Assembly (NCBI GenBank): GCA_964352275.1
Contig: CAYGRF010000001.1
Location: 1 to 62,927, forward strand
DNA from: an uncultured Caulobacterales bacterium
GTDB lineage: Bacteria > Pseudomonadota > Alphaproteobacteria > Caulobacterales > Maricaulaceae
Direction of reading: 5' to 3'
DNA: 62,927 nucleotides
In this document: one piece after another, positions 10,538 through 18,944 of the stretch
Layout of the letters: each line of letters begins with the position of its first letter
Position numbering within the stretch: the stretch's first letter is position 1
Program-made: the position numbers and the translations under genes
Notes under the pieces: model-generated
What the model was told of the DNA's origin: nothing
Database searches by the model: none
Seen by the model: only the letters and a program-made list of their open reading frames with translations

Positions 10538-11604
10538 TAAAGAACTCCTGTTTTGATTTTAAAGCGTGCAAGATTGCCCAGACCATTTGCCATCTGGCCA
10601 TAGGTCTTGAAGCGGGGATTGTCTGTTTGACCATGATAATAACGGTAATAGATTTGCTGAATAATCACAGCCAAACGCCAAATACCATAAACATAATAGA
10701 ACTGAAAGTTAGACACATCGGCGCCGGTTTTTTGCGCATAAAAATCTAAAACTTCCTGCCGAGTCATCATGCCGGGAGCCATACTGGGCTGCCGAACCAT
10801 CGCATGCATTTCCGGCGGATCGTCAGCCTGTATCCAGTATGATAGTGTATTGCCAAGATCCATAAGCGGATCCCCAAGCGCCGAAATTTCCCAGTCCAAA
10901 ATCGCATTGATCTTTGTTGGATCGTCTTTTTGCAGAATGCAATTATCAATACGGTAGTCACCATGCAAAATAGCGCTACCCATCTCCCGGTCAGGTTTTT
11001 TAGAATCCAGCCAATACCGAACATCTTCAAATGTATCGATGTCTTCTGTCCAGGCCTTTTCAAAGCGGCGGTTCCAGCCTCCGATTTGGCGCTCGACATA
11101 TCCGTCAGGGCGACCAAAATCCGACAGTCCAATCGCCGCATAATCCACGTTATGAAGATCAACCAATTTTGAGAAAAACTCCTCACAGAGCGACCGCGTG
11201 GCGGCTTTATCCCATTCCCACTCTTTTGGAATATGGGTGTGGATCAGGTGGCCCTCTGCGCGTTCCATGACATAAAATTCCGCGCCGATAATGTCTTTAT
11301 CATCCGTATAGAACAACGTCTCCGGCACGCAGGGATAGACAGGTTTGAGCCCCGTCATAATCCGGTATTCACGGTGCATATCGTGACCCGATTTGGGTAT
11401 CGTTCCAAATGGCGGGCGGCGCAGAACTAAGCGGCGGCTGGGATAATCAAGAGCATACGTCAAATTGGACGCGCCGCTCGCATACTGATGAACCTCGGGG
11501 CTGCCGGACAATCCGGAAACGCTGTCTTTCAGCGCCACATCAACCGCCGCTATATCCAGTTCTTCGCCCTTGCGAACCTCGACTGTCGGATTTTCACTCG
11601 ACAT
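10537..11604 (-). CDS. APH-like phosphotransferase (ACAD10/11 N-terminal-kinase / LvaA-like)
   Basis: 355 aa. LVLRRPPFG nucleotide-binding region, catalytic loop ILHGDYRIDNCIL and metal-binding ILDWE. Confidence 0.75.
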   Translation of the reverse strand: MSSENPTVEVRKGEELDIAAVDVALKDSVSGLSGSPEVHQYASGASNLTYALDYPSRRLVLRRPPFGTIPKSGHDMHREYRIMTGLKPVYPCVPETLFYTDDKDIIGAEFYVMERAEGHLIHTHIPKEWEWDKAATRSLCEEFFSKLVDLHNVDYAAIGLSDFGRPDGYVERQIGGWNRRFEKAWTEDIDTFEDVRYWLDSKKPDREMGSAILHGDYRIDNCILQKDDPTKINAILDWEISALGDPLMDLGNTLSYWIQADDPPEMHAMVRQPSMAPGMMTRQEVLDFYAQKTGADVSNFQFYYVYGIWRLAVIIQQIYYRYYHGQTDNPRFKTYGQMANGLGNLARFKIKTGVL

Positions 11605-12363
11605 CTAAATAATGGCTCCGCCGTCAACAACCATGCCCTGACCCGTAAAGTAACTGCCTTCATCGGATACCATATACAATACCGCTCCAACCATTTCTTC
11701 GGGCTGGGCCATGCGTTTAATGGCAAAGTTCGCATTCATATGGGCCTGAACAGCGGGATTATCCTTAAGCGCTGCCGCTATTTTCGTGTCTGTAAATCCG
11801 GGAAGCAGCGCGTTTACGCGAATGTTTTTGTCGCCATATTCTTTGGCAAATCCCTTGGTCATGTTGATAATGGCCGCTTTCGTCATACCGTAAACAACGC
11901 GGCCCAAACCGGGCTGTATGCCGTCAATTGACGCGACATTGACAATGGAGCCGCCGCCGGATTTTAGCATCAGAGGAATAGCTTTGGCGCTCAGATAAAA
12001 CGGGCCTTTAACATTGACTTCCATGGTCTTGTCATAAGCGCTTTCCGGCGTGTCATGGGCAGGGCCAAAATAGGGATTAGTCGCGCCGTTATTGATCAGA
12101 ATGTCTAAACGTCCGTGCTCAGCCATTAAAGCCTCAAGCGCCGCATCATGTGTATGGACTTCGCCTAAATGCAACGTCATTGCGCTCGCTTTCCCGCCTT
12201 TGGCCATAATCGCGTCAGCAACCTTATGGCAATCGGCAAGCTTACGGGAGCTGCACACAACGGTTGCGCCGTGCTCGGCAAAGCCATGCGCAATCGCCTC
12301 ACCAATCCCGCGGCTCGCTCCCGCAATCAAAGCGACTTTTCCAGTTAAATCAAATCTTGCCAT
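11605..12363 (-). CDS. SDR-family oxidoreductase
   Basis: 252 aa. GASRGIGEA cofactor motif, NNGA, YGMTKAA catalytic Y-x3-K. Confidence 0.85.
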   Translation of the reverse strand: MARFDLTGKVALIAGASRGIGEAIAHGFAEHGATVVCSSRKLADCHKVADAIMAKGGKASAMTLHLGEVHTHDAALEALMAEHGRLDILINNGATNPYFGPAHDTPESAYDKTMEVNVKGPFYLSAKAIPLMLKSGGGSIVNVASIDGIQPGLGRVVYGMTKAAIINMTKGFAKEYGDKNIRVNALLPGFTDTKIAAALKDNPAVQAHMNANFAIKRMAQPEEMVGAVLYMVSDEGSYFTGQGMVVDGGAII

Positions 12364-12380
12364 GGGCTACCCCGTTAATT

Positions 12381-13169
12381 CTAGAGCGGCATATCGCCGG
12401 GAACAGTTTTTGTTTTCAGTTTATTCATGCCGCTAATATAGCGGTTATAATCCATTGCTTTATGCCGAAAATACTCTCCAACCACAGGATGAGAAAGCAC
12501 TAAAAATTCATCAGTTTCAATAGCGTTTCGGAGAGCTTCTGCGACATCGGATGGCTCTAAAAGGCCGTCCTTGCTGTCTTCAGCGAACTTCGCTCCTTTT
12601 GTCATATTGGTCCGCACATATTGCGGGCAAATACAATGAACATCAATACCTTGATCTTTGTGGGCAATGGCTAAGGCTTCCGCATAACCTACGGCTGCGT
12701 GTTTTGTCGCGCTATAGGAGGCGCTGCCAATTTGGTTGAGAAGACCGGCCGCTGATGCCGTGATCACAAACCGTCCGGAGCCGCGCTCCATCCAGCCCGG
12801 CAATAGCGCCCGCGCCGCATAGACGCTCGACATCACATTGACCTGCCAACTTGTTTCCCAGTCTTGGTTGCTCGCTCCCGCAGCATGCCCTCCGGGTAAA
12901 TCGCTGAAACCAACCCCTGCATTTGACACGAATACATCGAGCGGGCCATTTACAGCCTCTGCACCTGCAATAAAGTCTTTGACGGCGTGTTCACTCGACA
13001 CGTCGCAGGCAAAGGCATTCGCTCCGATTGCCTTGGCAACCTCATCCGGCGCTTTCAGATCACAAATCACGACGTTCGCGCCGCCTGCAACAAACATTTC
13101 CGCAATAGCCCGGCCAATACCGCTCGGCGCGCCCGCGCCCGTCACTGCAACACTCTGTCCTGAAAACAT
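12381..13169 (-). CDS. SDR-family oxidoreductase
   Basis: 262 aa. TGAGAPSGIGRA, SNAG, YSATKHA (Y-x3-K). Confidence 0.8.
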   Translation of the reverse strand: MFSGQSVAVTGAGAPSGIGRAIAEMFVAGGANVVICDLKAPDEVAKAIGANAFACDVSSEHAVKDFIAGAEAVNGPLDVFVSNAGVGFSDLPGGHAAGASNQDWETSWQVNVMSSVYAARALLPGWMERGSGRFVITASAAGLLNQIGSASYSATKHAAVGYAEALAIAHKDQGIDVHCICPQYVRTNMTKGAKFAEDSKDGLLEPSDVAEALRNAIETDEFLVLSHPVVGEYFRHKAMDYNRYISGMNKLKTKTVPGDMPL

Positions 13170-13312
13170 AGATCCTCCGTGCGAAGCACCATAACAGGCA
13201 AAACTCTCTGGGCAATATTTATATGCAAAAAGTTGCGTATAAATAATGTAGTCATGCTGCCTTTACGCTGACCGTGTTTATGGCATAACTATGTCCTAAG
13301 GGGGTAGGTGTT

Positions 13313-14563
13313 ATGGGTCCGGAAGAATTTGAAACAGATATTGGACACCTAGCGCCGCTCGGCAATGACAATATTCCTGATGTCAATCAATCCCACTATT
13401 GCCATTCCTGCGAAACGCCGTTCACAGGGGTGTATTGTACATCTTGTGGCCAGAAAAACGATGATTACCGCCGCTCCCTATTTAGCCTTATCAAAGAGTT
13501 CTTGAGCTCGGTGACAGCGATTGAGTCGCGTATATGGCGCACATGGGCAGCGCTGTTATTTAAGCCGGGCAAGGTAGCTCGTGAATATGCGGATGGCAGG
13601 CGCACCCACTGGTCATCACCCGTGCGTGTTTATATTGCTATGAGCATTTTGCTTTTCGGCTTTTTGAGCGTTACCCAGATGCAGCTCATCAGTATAGATG
13701 TCGACGTTCAGCCCATAGAGGGCGTTACCAAACCCGTCGAAGACATGACTGCTGATGATCTGAAGCTGGTTCCTGCCATGCATTTTTTCGAAACAAGACG
13801 GGACATTGATGCCCGCAACAAAACACGCAATTTCGATCTGATTAGATTGAAACTGAATGCTGGTAACGGGATAAAGCTCGATATCGACACTGATAGCATC
13901 AAAGACAATGTTAATGAACGAACCGAGCGCGCTATAGAAAATGGCTCGTTATCTCCTGAAGATGCAGCAGAGATCAATGAAGCGCTAGACATGCTGAAAG
14001 CCGGGCAAGAGAGCAGCGCAGAAGATAAGCCAGTAACAGAGACAAGCGCGGAAGGCTCGAACACAATCATATTCTCAGACATAAGCGGTCAAAAATATGA
14101 AATTGGTAGCATGTCTGACGTTTTATTGCCGGTAATCAGGAACCCAACCAAAATAAATGGAGCGGTTTTTAAATACCTACCCCGCATCATGTTTCTAATG
14201 ATGCCGTTTACAATGCTCATCGGCGCTATGTTTGTTCGCGGGCGCGGTAACGCGCTTCTTTATGACCATCTGGTCCACGCTGCCTACATTCACGCAGTCG
14301 CCTTCTTTCTGATCCTTTTGGGGATTTTACTAAGCTTTGTTCTTCCCGGCGGCGCGATTTCGAGATTCATATTTTTAGCTCTCCTCATTTATCTCCCGCT
14401 GAGCCTAAAACGCATGTTTGGCCGCGGCTGGTTTAAAACAATTTGGACCAGCTACGGCGTTGGATTTATATATGCTTTCAATCTGGCCCTTATCATGATC
14501 GCACTGCTCGGGATACAGCTCGTAAGCACTGTTACCGAGTTGGGGACACAGCTACCCTCTTAA
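13313..14563 (+). CDS. DUF3667-like membrane protein with N-terminal zinc ribbon
   Basis: CHSCETPFTGVYCTSCGQKN, then WRTWAALLFKPGKVAREYADGRR and several C-terminal TM helices. Confidence 0.65.
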   Translation: MGPEEFETDIGHLAPLGNDNIPDVNQSHYCHSCETPFTGVYCTSCGQKNDDYRRSLFSLIKEFLSSVTAIESRIWRTWAALLFKPGKVAREYADGRRTHWSSPVRVYIAMSILLFGFLSVTQMQLISIDVDVQPIEGVTKPVEDMTADDLKLVPAMHFFETRRDIDARNKTRNFDLIRLKLNAGNGIKLDIDTDSIKDNVNERTERAIENGSLSPEDAAEINEALDMLKAGQESSAEDKPVTETSAEGSNTIIFSDISGQKYEIGSMSDVLLPVIRNPTKINGAVFKYLPRIMFLMMPFTMLIGAMFVRGRGNALLYDHLVHAAYIHAVAFFLILLGILLSFVLPGGAISRFIFLALLIYLPLSLKRMFGRGWFKTIWTSYGVGFIYAFNLALIMIALLGIQLVSTVTELGTQLPS

Positions 14564-15013
14564 AGACGGCTTGGGCGCGCGGTCTCCAAACCACCACAAA
14601 GTAGAGGCCGTTGCAGCGAAAATGGCGGCTTCAACGATGGCATCATTTTTGGTGATAAGAAATATTCCACCTGTAATCATCCAGAGCGAAAATGTAAGGG
14701 TTGGCCGCACGAGTCTTAGGGTGTTTATTACCCAACTGCTCGCTGTACCTATGGCCGCCTCAGCGTTTATCGAGGCTTCGAGGCCGCGCCACGACCCGGA
14801 CTGCGCCGCAAGTGCTAACTCCATTTCGGTTTCTTGAGAGCGGGCCTGCATTTGAAGTTCATGCAAACGGTATTCATGCGACCACCGCGCCTGTTCTTGC
14901 TCAAAGGTTTGCTTGCGTTCAAAAAATCCAGCAGCGCGCCCAAGCGCCGTTCCCAATAGCCCAAAAATGCCGCCAGCCGCAGCGTCCAATCCTAGTCCAA
15001 GTAAGTTTGCCAT
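14552..15013 (-). CDS. holin, 3-TM 'gene-transfer release' type (likely start MANLLG at 15013)
   Basis: Gly-rich N-terminus MANLLGLGLDAAAGG, a charged coiled segment, then SSWVINTLRLVRPTLTFSLWMITGGIF and further TM segments. The start is overlapped by the endolysin 3' end. Confidence 0.6.
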   Translation of the reverse strand: MANLLGLGLDAAAGGIFGLLGTALGRAAGFFERKQTFEQEQARWSHEYRLHELQMQARSQETEMELALAAQSGSWRGLEASINAEAAIGTASSWVINTLRLVRPTLTFSLWMITGGIFLITKNDAIVEAAIFAATASTLWWFGDRAPKPSLRG

Positions 15014-15426
15014 AAAATCCTTGCCTTTCCTGATCCAAACCAATGGCGAGGGCGGCCCAGATCAATATGTAAAAATGTTGTGTAAAAACCAAAGCCCGTA
15101 AAACCCGCCGTCCGGCATGCATCCATCAAAACCATGCGTTCATGCCCAGCCAGCGCAATATCGACGGCAAGTTTAAGATGCTGTGATAACGGCGCTCCGC
15201 CAACACGGGCATTGTGCAGATATCAGCGATGAGCCGAGAGAATGTGAAAAGGCGTACCGGCTATGTCACGAGCCTTTTGCAGCCTGTCCATAAATTCTGG
15301 CCAATGGTAAACCTCGCCGCAATGACGGCATGCCATTTCGGCTTGGGAGAAGTTTTGCCAACGGGCGAAGCTGTGTTGTGGGGTATTGTTTACAGTTTTA
15401 GTCATGGCCTGAATATACGGCCACAT
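14992..15426 (-). pseudogene. peptidase M15A (D-Ala-D-Ala carboxypeptidase-like) endolysin interrupted by an in-frame TGA at 15223-15225
   Basis: One frame reads ...FSQAEMACRHCG...GTPFHILSAHR-TGA-YLHNARVGGAPLSQHLKLAVDIAL...GFYTTFLHIDLGRPRHWFG. This covers the full M15A motif set: the SxxR...HN..VGG motif, the S.H...A.D motif and the H.D motif. Total length is 144 codons. Confidence 0.7.
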
Positions 15427-15451
15427 GAGAAAACGAGGATTATATAAATAA

Positions 15452-15474
15452 AAAGCCCGCTGAGAGCGGGCTTT
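15452..15474 (-). terminator. rho-independent terminator downstream of the 15509-16726 gene
   Basis: 9-bp stem AAAGCCCGC / GCGGGCTTT with a 5-nt loop, followed on the minus strand by a TTTTATTTAT run. Confidence 0.6.
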
Positions 15475-15508
15475 TCGGCAGTTTTAAACGTGGAATATTT
15501 TGAGCAAC

Positions 15509-16726
15509 TTAGCTGAAGAAGCTCAATTTGCGGGCTTTTTTGGCGCACAAATAATAGAATGTCACGCGATTCTTAAAGCGCTCTGACTTCATTTCTGTAC
15601 ACACTTCTTTGACGATCGCCTCGCCCTTTTCTTTATCGAGTTCGAACTTTTTGACCATCAAATTCATAACCACAGTATTTACTTCCGTGGGATCAGAACA
15701 CGCCACTAAAGATGAGTCGCGGCTGTTAAGCGATGCACCGAGATATTTGACAATATTATCAACGTAGCCAGCCTTAGCATTCGCATCGAACTTTTTGACG
15801 TTCTCATAATATTTATCGTTGCCGTCAGAAGCCTTGCTATCAGCACCCTTTTTCGGCCCGGGTTTTTTACGGGGTGTTCCGTCAAGGTTAGTCTCGCCGC
15901 GTTTCGTGCCAGGCTTAGGCCCAGGTTTCTTACGCGTTTTATCGGCTTTGACACCTCCGGATTTTGCTAGGCCTTTAGCCTGAGGCACCCACTCATCGCG
16001 CTCAATACGGCCCGGAATAGAGTCGATGACTTTTTCAACAACTTCGACATCTTTTTTCTTCCAGTTCGCGATTTGGCGGAAATAGTAGACACCTTTGCCA
16101 TGAAGATCGGCCTCAAATTTCGGCCCAATGCCCTTGATGAGTTTCAAATCATCAGGCTCACCATCCGTTGGTCCGTCCGTATAGAGAACTTGCGGGGCTG
16201 GAGCTGCTTTAGCTGTAGCTTTTTTAGCAGGCTTCGCAGGGGCTTTCTTAGCCTTAGGCTTAGCAGGCGCCTTCGCGGCTACCAATGTGGCCGCAGCGGC
16301 TGCAGCAACAGGAGCCGCCGCAACAGCTTTTTTGGCAGGAGCCGCGACGGGTTTTTCAGCCAAACGAGTCTCAAGATATTTGACGCGAGCAGCGAGATAG
16401 CGGTTACGCCATTCAAGCGCGTAAGTCTCGTCGTCTTCAGATGACGCAGCCTCTTGCGCCGGAGCCGCCGCGCCAGTAGCTGACAGTTGGCTAGTTAAAG
16501 CAGCGACTTCAGTGTCGCGGCCCGAAATAGCCGCTTCAAGGTCATGAATGCGGGTTCGCAGCCCATCATTTTCCGTCCGCAAAGCGCCTTCGCCTTCTAC
16601 GGTTAAGTCGCCATCGTGATCCTTACGGAACAGACCCGACAACAGCATGCCTAAAAGGAAGCAAATGAACCCAAAAATAAATAGTGGGATCCATCCAAAC
16701 GATAAAAGAAAATCAAAATTGTCCAT
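15509..16726 (-). CDS. mosaic membrane-anchored protein: TM, coiled coil, Ala/Lys/Pro-rich tract, helix-hairpin-helix-like motif, C-terminal DUF2853-like domain
   Basis: N-terminal TM WIPLFIFGFICFLLGMLLSGLF. AKAPAKPKAKKAPAKPAKKATAKAAP tract. DDLKLIKGIGPKFEADLHGKGVYYFRQIANW. Duplicated RKKPGPK. The C-terminus aligns by eye with the DUF2853 protein at 47277-47618. Confidence 0.75.
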   Translation of the reverse strand: MDNFDFLLSFGWIPLFIFGFICFLLGMLLSGLFRKDHDGDLTVEGEGALRTENDGLRTRIHDLEAAISGRDTEVAALTSQLSATGAAAPAQEAASSEDDETYALEWRNRYLAARVKYLETRLAEKPVAAPAKKAVAAAPVAAAAAATLVAAKAPAKPKAKKAPAKPAKKATAKAAPAPQVLYTDGPTDGEPDDLKLIKGIGPKFEADLHGKGVYYFRQIANWKKKDVEVVEKVIDSIPGRIERDEWVPQAKGLAKSGGVKADKTRKKPGPKPGTKRGETNLDGTPRKKPGPKKGADSKASDGNDKYYENVKKFDANAKAGYVDNIVKYLGASLNSRDSSLVACSDPTEVNTVVMNLMVKKFELDKEKGEAIVKEVCTEMKSERFKNRVTFYYLCAKKARKLSFFS

Positions 16727-16738
16727 AATACTGTCCTC

Positions 16739-17857
16739 CTACTCGGACTGAGTCACTGTGAATTCGATACGGCGGTTTGCCGCTTTGCCTTCTGGCGTGT
16801 CATTTGTCACCAATGGAATTGAAGATCCATGACCAATTGTTGACAAACGTGTTTCGGCAATACCTTGCTCGACAAGGTATGTCTTAACGCTATCTGCGCG
16901 CGCTTGGCTGAGCCATATATTCAAGTCGATACCACCCTCGGAAACGAATGGCGTGTCATCTGTGTGGCCAGATATATTCAGCGAGAAAGTATCGCATTGA
17001 TCCGCAGCACTATACAGACTGGATAACAAACCAAAGCTATCGGGTTTAATCTCAGCAGAGCCTAAAGCAAATTCAATTTTGTTCCCGCTTTTAAGCGTGT
17101 TGAATAAAGTTTGACATGAGCGCTCACTATTGATCTTGCCTGCAACAGAGATTGGCCCGTCAGGCACCGTAATGTTTGCCGCGCCAACATAACCAGCAGG
17201 GGTTTGCTTGATCATGTCGTAGATTTCATTGCGCACGGCTTCATTTGTCGTAACACCAGTGATCAAAGACTGTGTGTCCTCTAAGACAACACTGCCTGTA
17301 TCCAGTTTTGACAATGCAGAAAGATAAGACGACGCGACATCCCCCCAACCATCATTTGGTGCACCATTCGCTACAGACAGAGTATCATTAGTAACATTGC
17401 CACCGAACAAAGCGCCAGCCTCGCGCAATATACGCTGAACTTCCGCATCGCTGCGCAAATACCCGTTGAGGCTAACCCCTGCGGCATCTTTTGATGCGGA
17501 GAAACTGAAGGGCGCGATCGTTGGAATAACGGGAGTTGGCGTAACAACCATCATGCTACTTTCAACGACATGCCATTTTGGATTAGAATTTCCGCAAGCA
17601 TCGCATTTCGCATCTCTGGCAACTGATAAAGCTTGCTGCATAGCGTCTTCTGACATCACGTCACCAGACAGAGTTGCTACATTACCATCCATATCAAGTT
17701 TGATTGCATTGAACTCATTTAAATCAAGCTCAGACCGTATTGAGTCCGCCATTAACTGTGACTGCGACTCTGCATGGAACGGGCTAAATGTCGCCCATGT
17801 TGCAAACAATGAAATGATGGCAACAAGAATGATCCCCAATAACCATCTCATACCCAT
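16739..17857 (-). CDS. OmpA-family (OmpA/MotB C-terminal domain) protein with N-terminal anchor and BON-like region
   Basis: ISGHTDDTP ... LSQARADSVKTYLVEQGI ... GHGSSIPL ... NRRIEF, the peptidoglycan-binding OmpA_C signature. N-terminal TM LLGIILVAIISLFATWA. Confidence 0.8.
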   Translation of the reverse strand: MGMRWLLGIILVAIISLFATWATFSPFHAESQSQLMADSIRSELDLNEFNAIKLDMDGNVATLSGDVMSEDAMQQALSVARDAKCDACGNSNPKWHVVESSMMVVTPTPVIPTIAPFSFSASKDAAGVSLNGYLRSDAEVQRILREAGALFGGNVTNDTLSVANGAPNDGWGDVASSYLSALSKLDTGSVVLEDTQSLITGVTTNEAVRNEIYDMIKQTPAGYVGAANITVPDGPISVAGKINSERSCQTLFNTLKSGNKIEFALGSAEIKPDSFGLLSSLYSAADQCDTFSLNISGHTDDTPFVSEGGIDLNIWLSQARADSVKTYLVEQGIAETRLSTIGHGSSIPLVTNDTPEGKAANRRIEFTVTQSE

Positions 17858-17961
17858 AATATTCTCCCTAAAAGAACCTATTAAAAACAGGTCATAGCGT
17901 ATGGTCTCGGCACATGCAATGCAGCAATATGTATTTTACATGAACTGAAACTGAAGGTTAA

Positions 17962-18921
17962 TTAAATAGAAAGCCGCTTCTTGGCATCATTATATTCAGT
18001 TTTTAATTGATCGACAATTTCCTGCACTGTTGGCGCACTGTGAATTGTACCAACGCCCTGACCGGACCCCCAAATATCTTTCCACGCTTTTGCATCCGAA
18101 TTGCCGCCTGAACCAAAGTTCATTGCAGTTTTATCAGCGGTTGGCAGATTGTCAGGATCCATGCCAGCAGCCTCAATAGAACTACGCAGGTAATTACCGT
18201 GAACACCTGTAAACAATGACGAATAAACAATGTCCTCACCCGCAGAGTCGACAATAGCCTGTTTATAGGCTTCATCAGCGTTGGCCTCACGGCTCGCAAT
18301 AAACCGCGTGCCCATATAGGCCAGATCGGCGCCCATAGCTTGGGCAGCCAAAATAGATCCGCCTGTGGACATAGATCCAGAACATAAAAGCGGCCCGTCA
18401 TGAAATTCTCTGATTTCCGGCACTAAAGCAAAGGGTGACAAACGGCCAGCGTGACCGCCAGCACCAGCGCAAACCGCTATAATGCCGTCCGCGCCAATGG
18501 ATATGGCTTTTTTCGTATGCCGAATATTGACAACATCATGGAGCACTGTTCCGCCGTAAGAATGCACTGCGTCGTAAACCATTTGCGAGGCTTGTAGGCT
18601 GGTGATGACAATAGGAACTTCGTGCTTTACGCAAACGTCCATGTCGTGTTTCAGGCGGTTGTTGGATGAATGGCAAATTTGGTTGACTGCGAAAGGAGCC
18701 ACTTTCTTATCGGGATTATCTTTCTGATATTGCTCTAGCTCAAGCTTGATGCGCACAATCCACTTTTCAAGTTCTTCTGCCGGGCGCGCATTCAGCGCTG
18801 GAAACGATCCTACAATACCGGCCTTACATTGCGCAATAACAAGCTCGGGTCCGGACACAATAAACAGCGGCGCGCCAATAACTGGCAGTTCGAGGTTTTG
18901 CAAAATGGGTGGCAGTGACAT
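17962..18921 (-). CDS. nitronate monooxygenase (NMO / 2-nitropropane dioxygenase family)
   Basis: 319 aa. PVIGAPLF..., GADGIIAVCAGAGGHAG, AAQAMGADLAYMGTRF: FMN TIM-barrel motifs of the NMO family. Confidence 0.8.
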   Translation of the reverse strand: MSLPPILQNLELPVIGAPLFIVSGPELVIAQCKAGIVGSFPALNARPAEELEKWIVRIKLELEQYQKDNPDKKVAPFAVNQICHSSNNRLKHDMDVCVKHEVPIVITSLQASQMVYDAVHSYGGTVLHDVVNIRHTKKAISIGADGIIAVCAGAGGHAGRLSPFALVPEIREFHDGPLLCSGSMSTGGSILAAQAMGADLAYMGTRFIASREANADEAYKQAIVDSAGEDIVYSSLFTGVHGNYLRSSIEAAGMDPDNLPTADKTAMNFGSGGNSDAKAWKDIWGSGQGVGTIHSAPTVQEIVDQLKTEYNDAKKRLSI

Positions 18922-18944
18922 AAATATTTCCTGTTTAAAATCGT

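Noticed and set aside
14552-14563. 12-nt 3'-end overlap of the convergent DUF3667 and holin genes as a regulatory antisense feature.
   Set aside because: Short convergent overlaps are common in compact genomes. There is no further evidence.
15223-15225. The TGA in the endolysin could be a selenocysteine codon.
   Set aside because: M15A peptidases are not known selenoproteins. No convincing SECIS-like hairpin is evident immediately downstream, and no sel genes are in the window. A nonsense mutation, read-through or sequencing error are more parsimonious.
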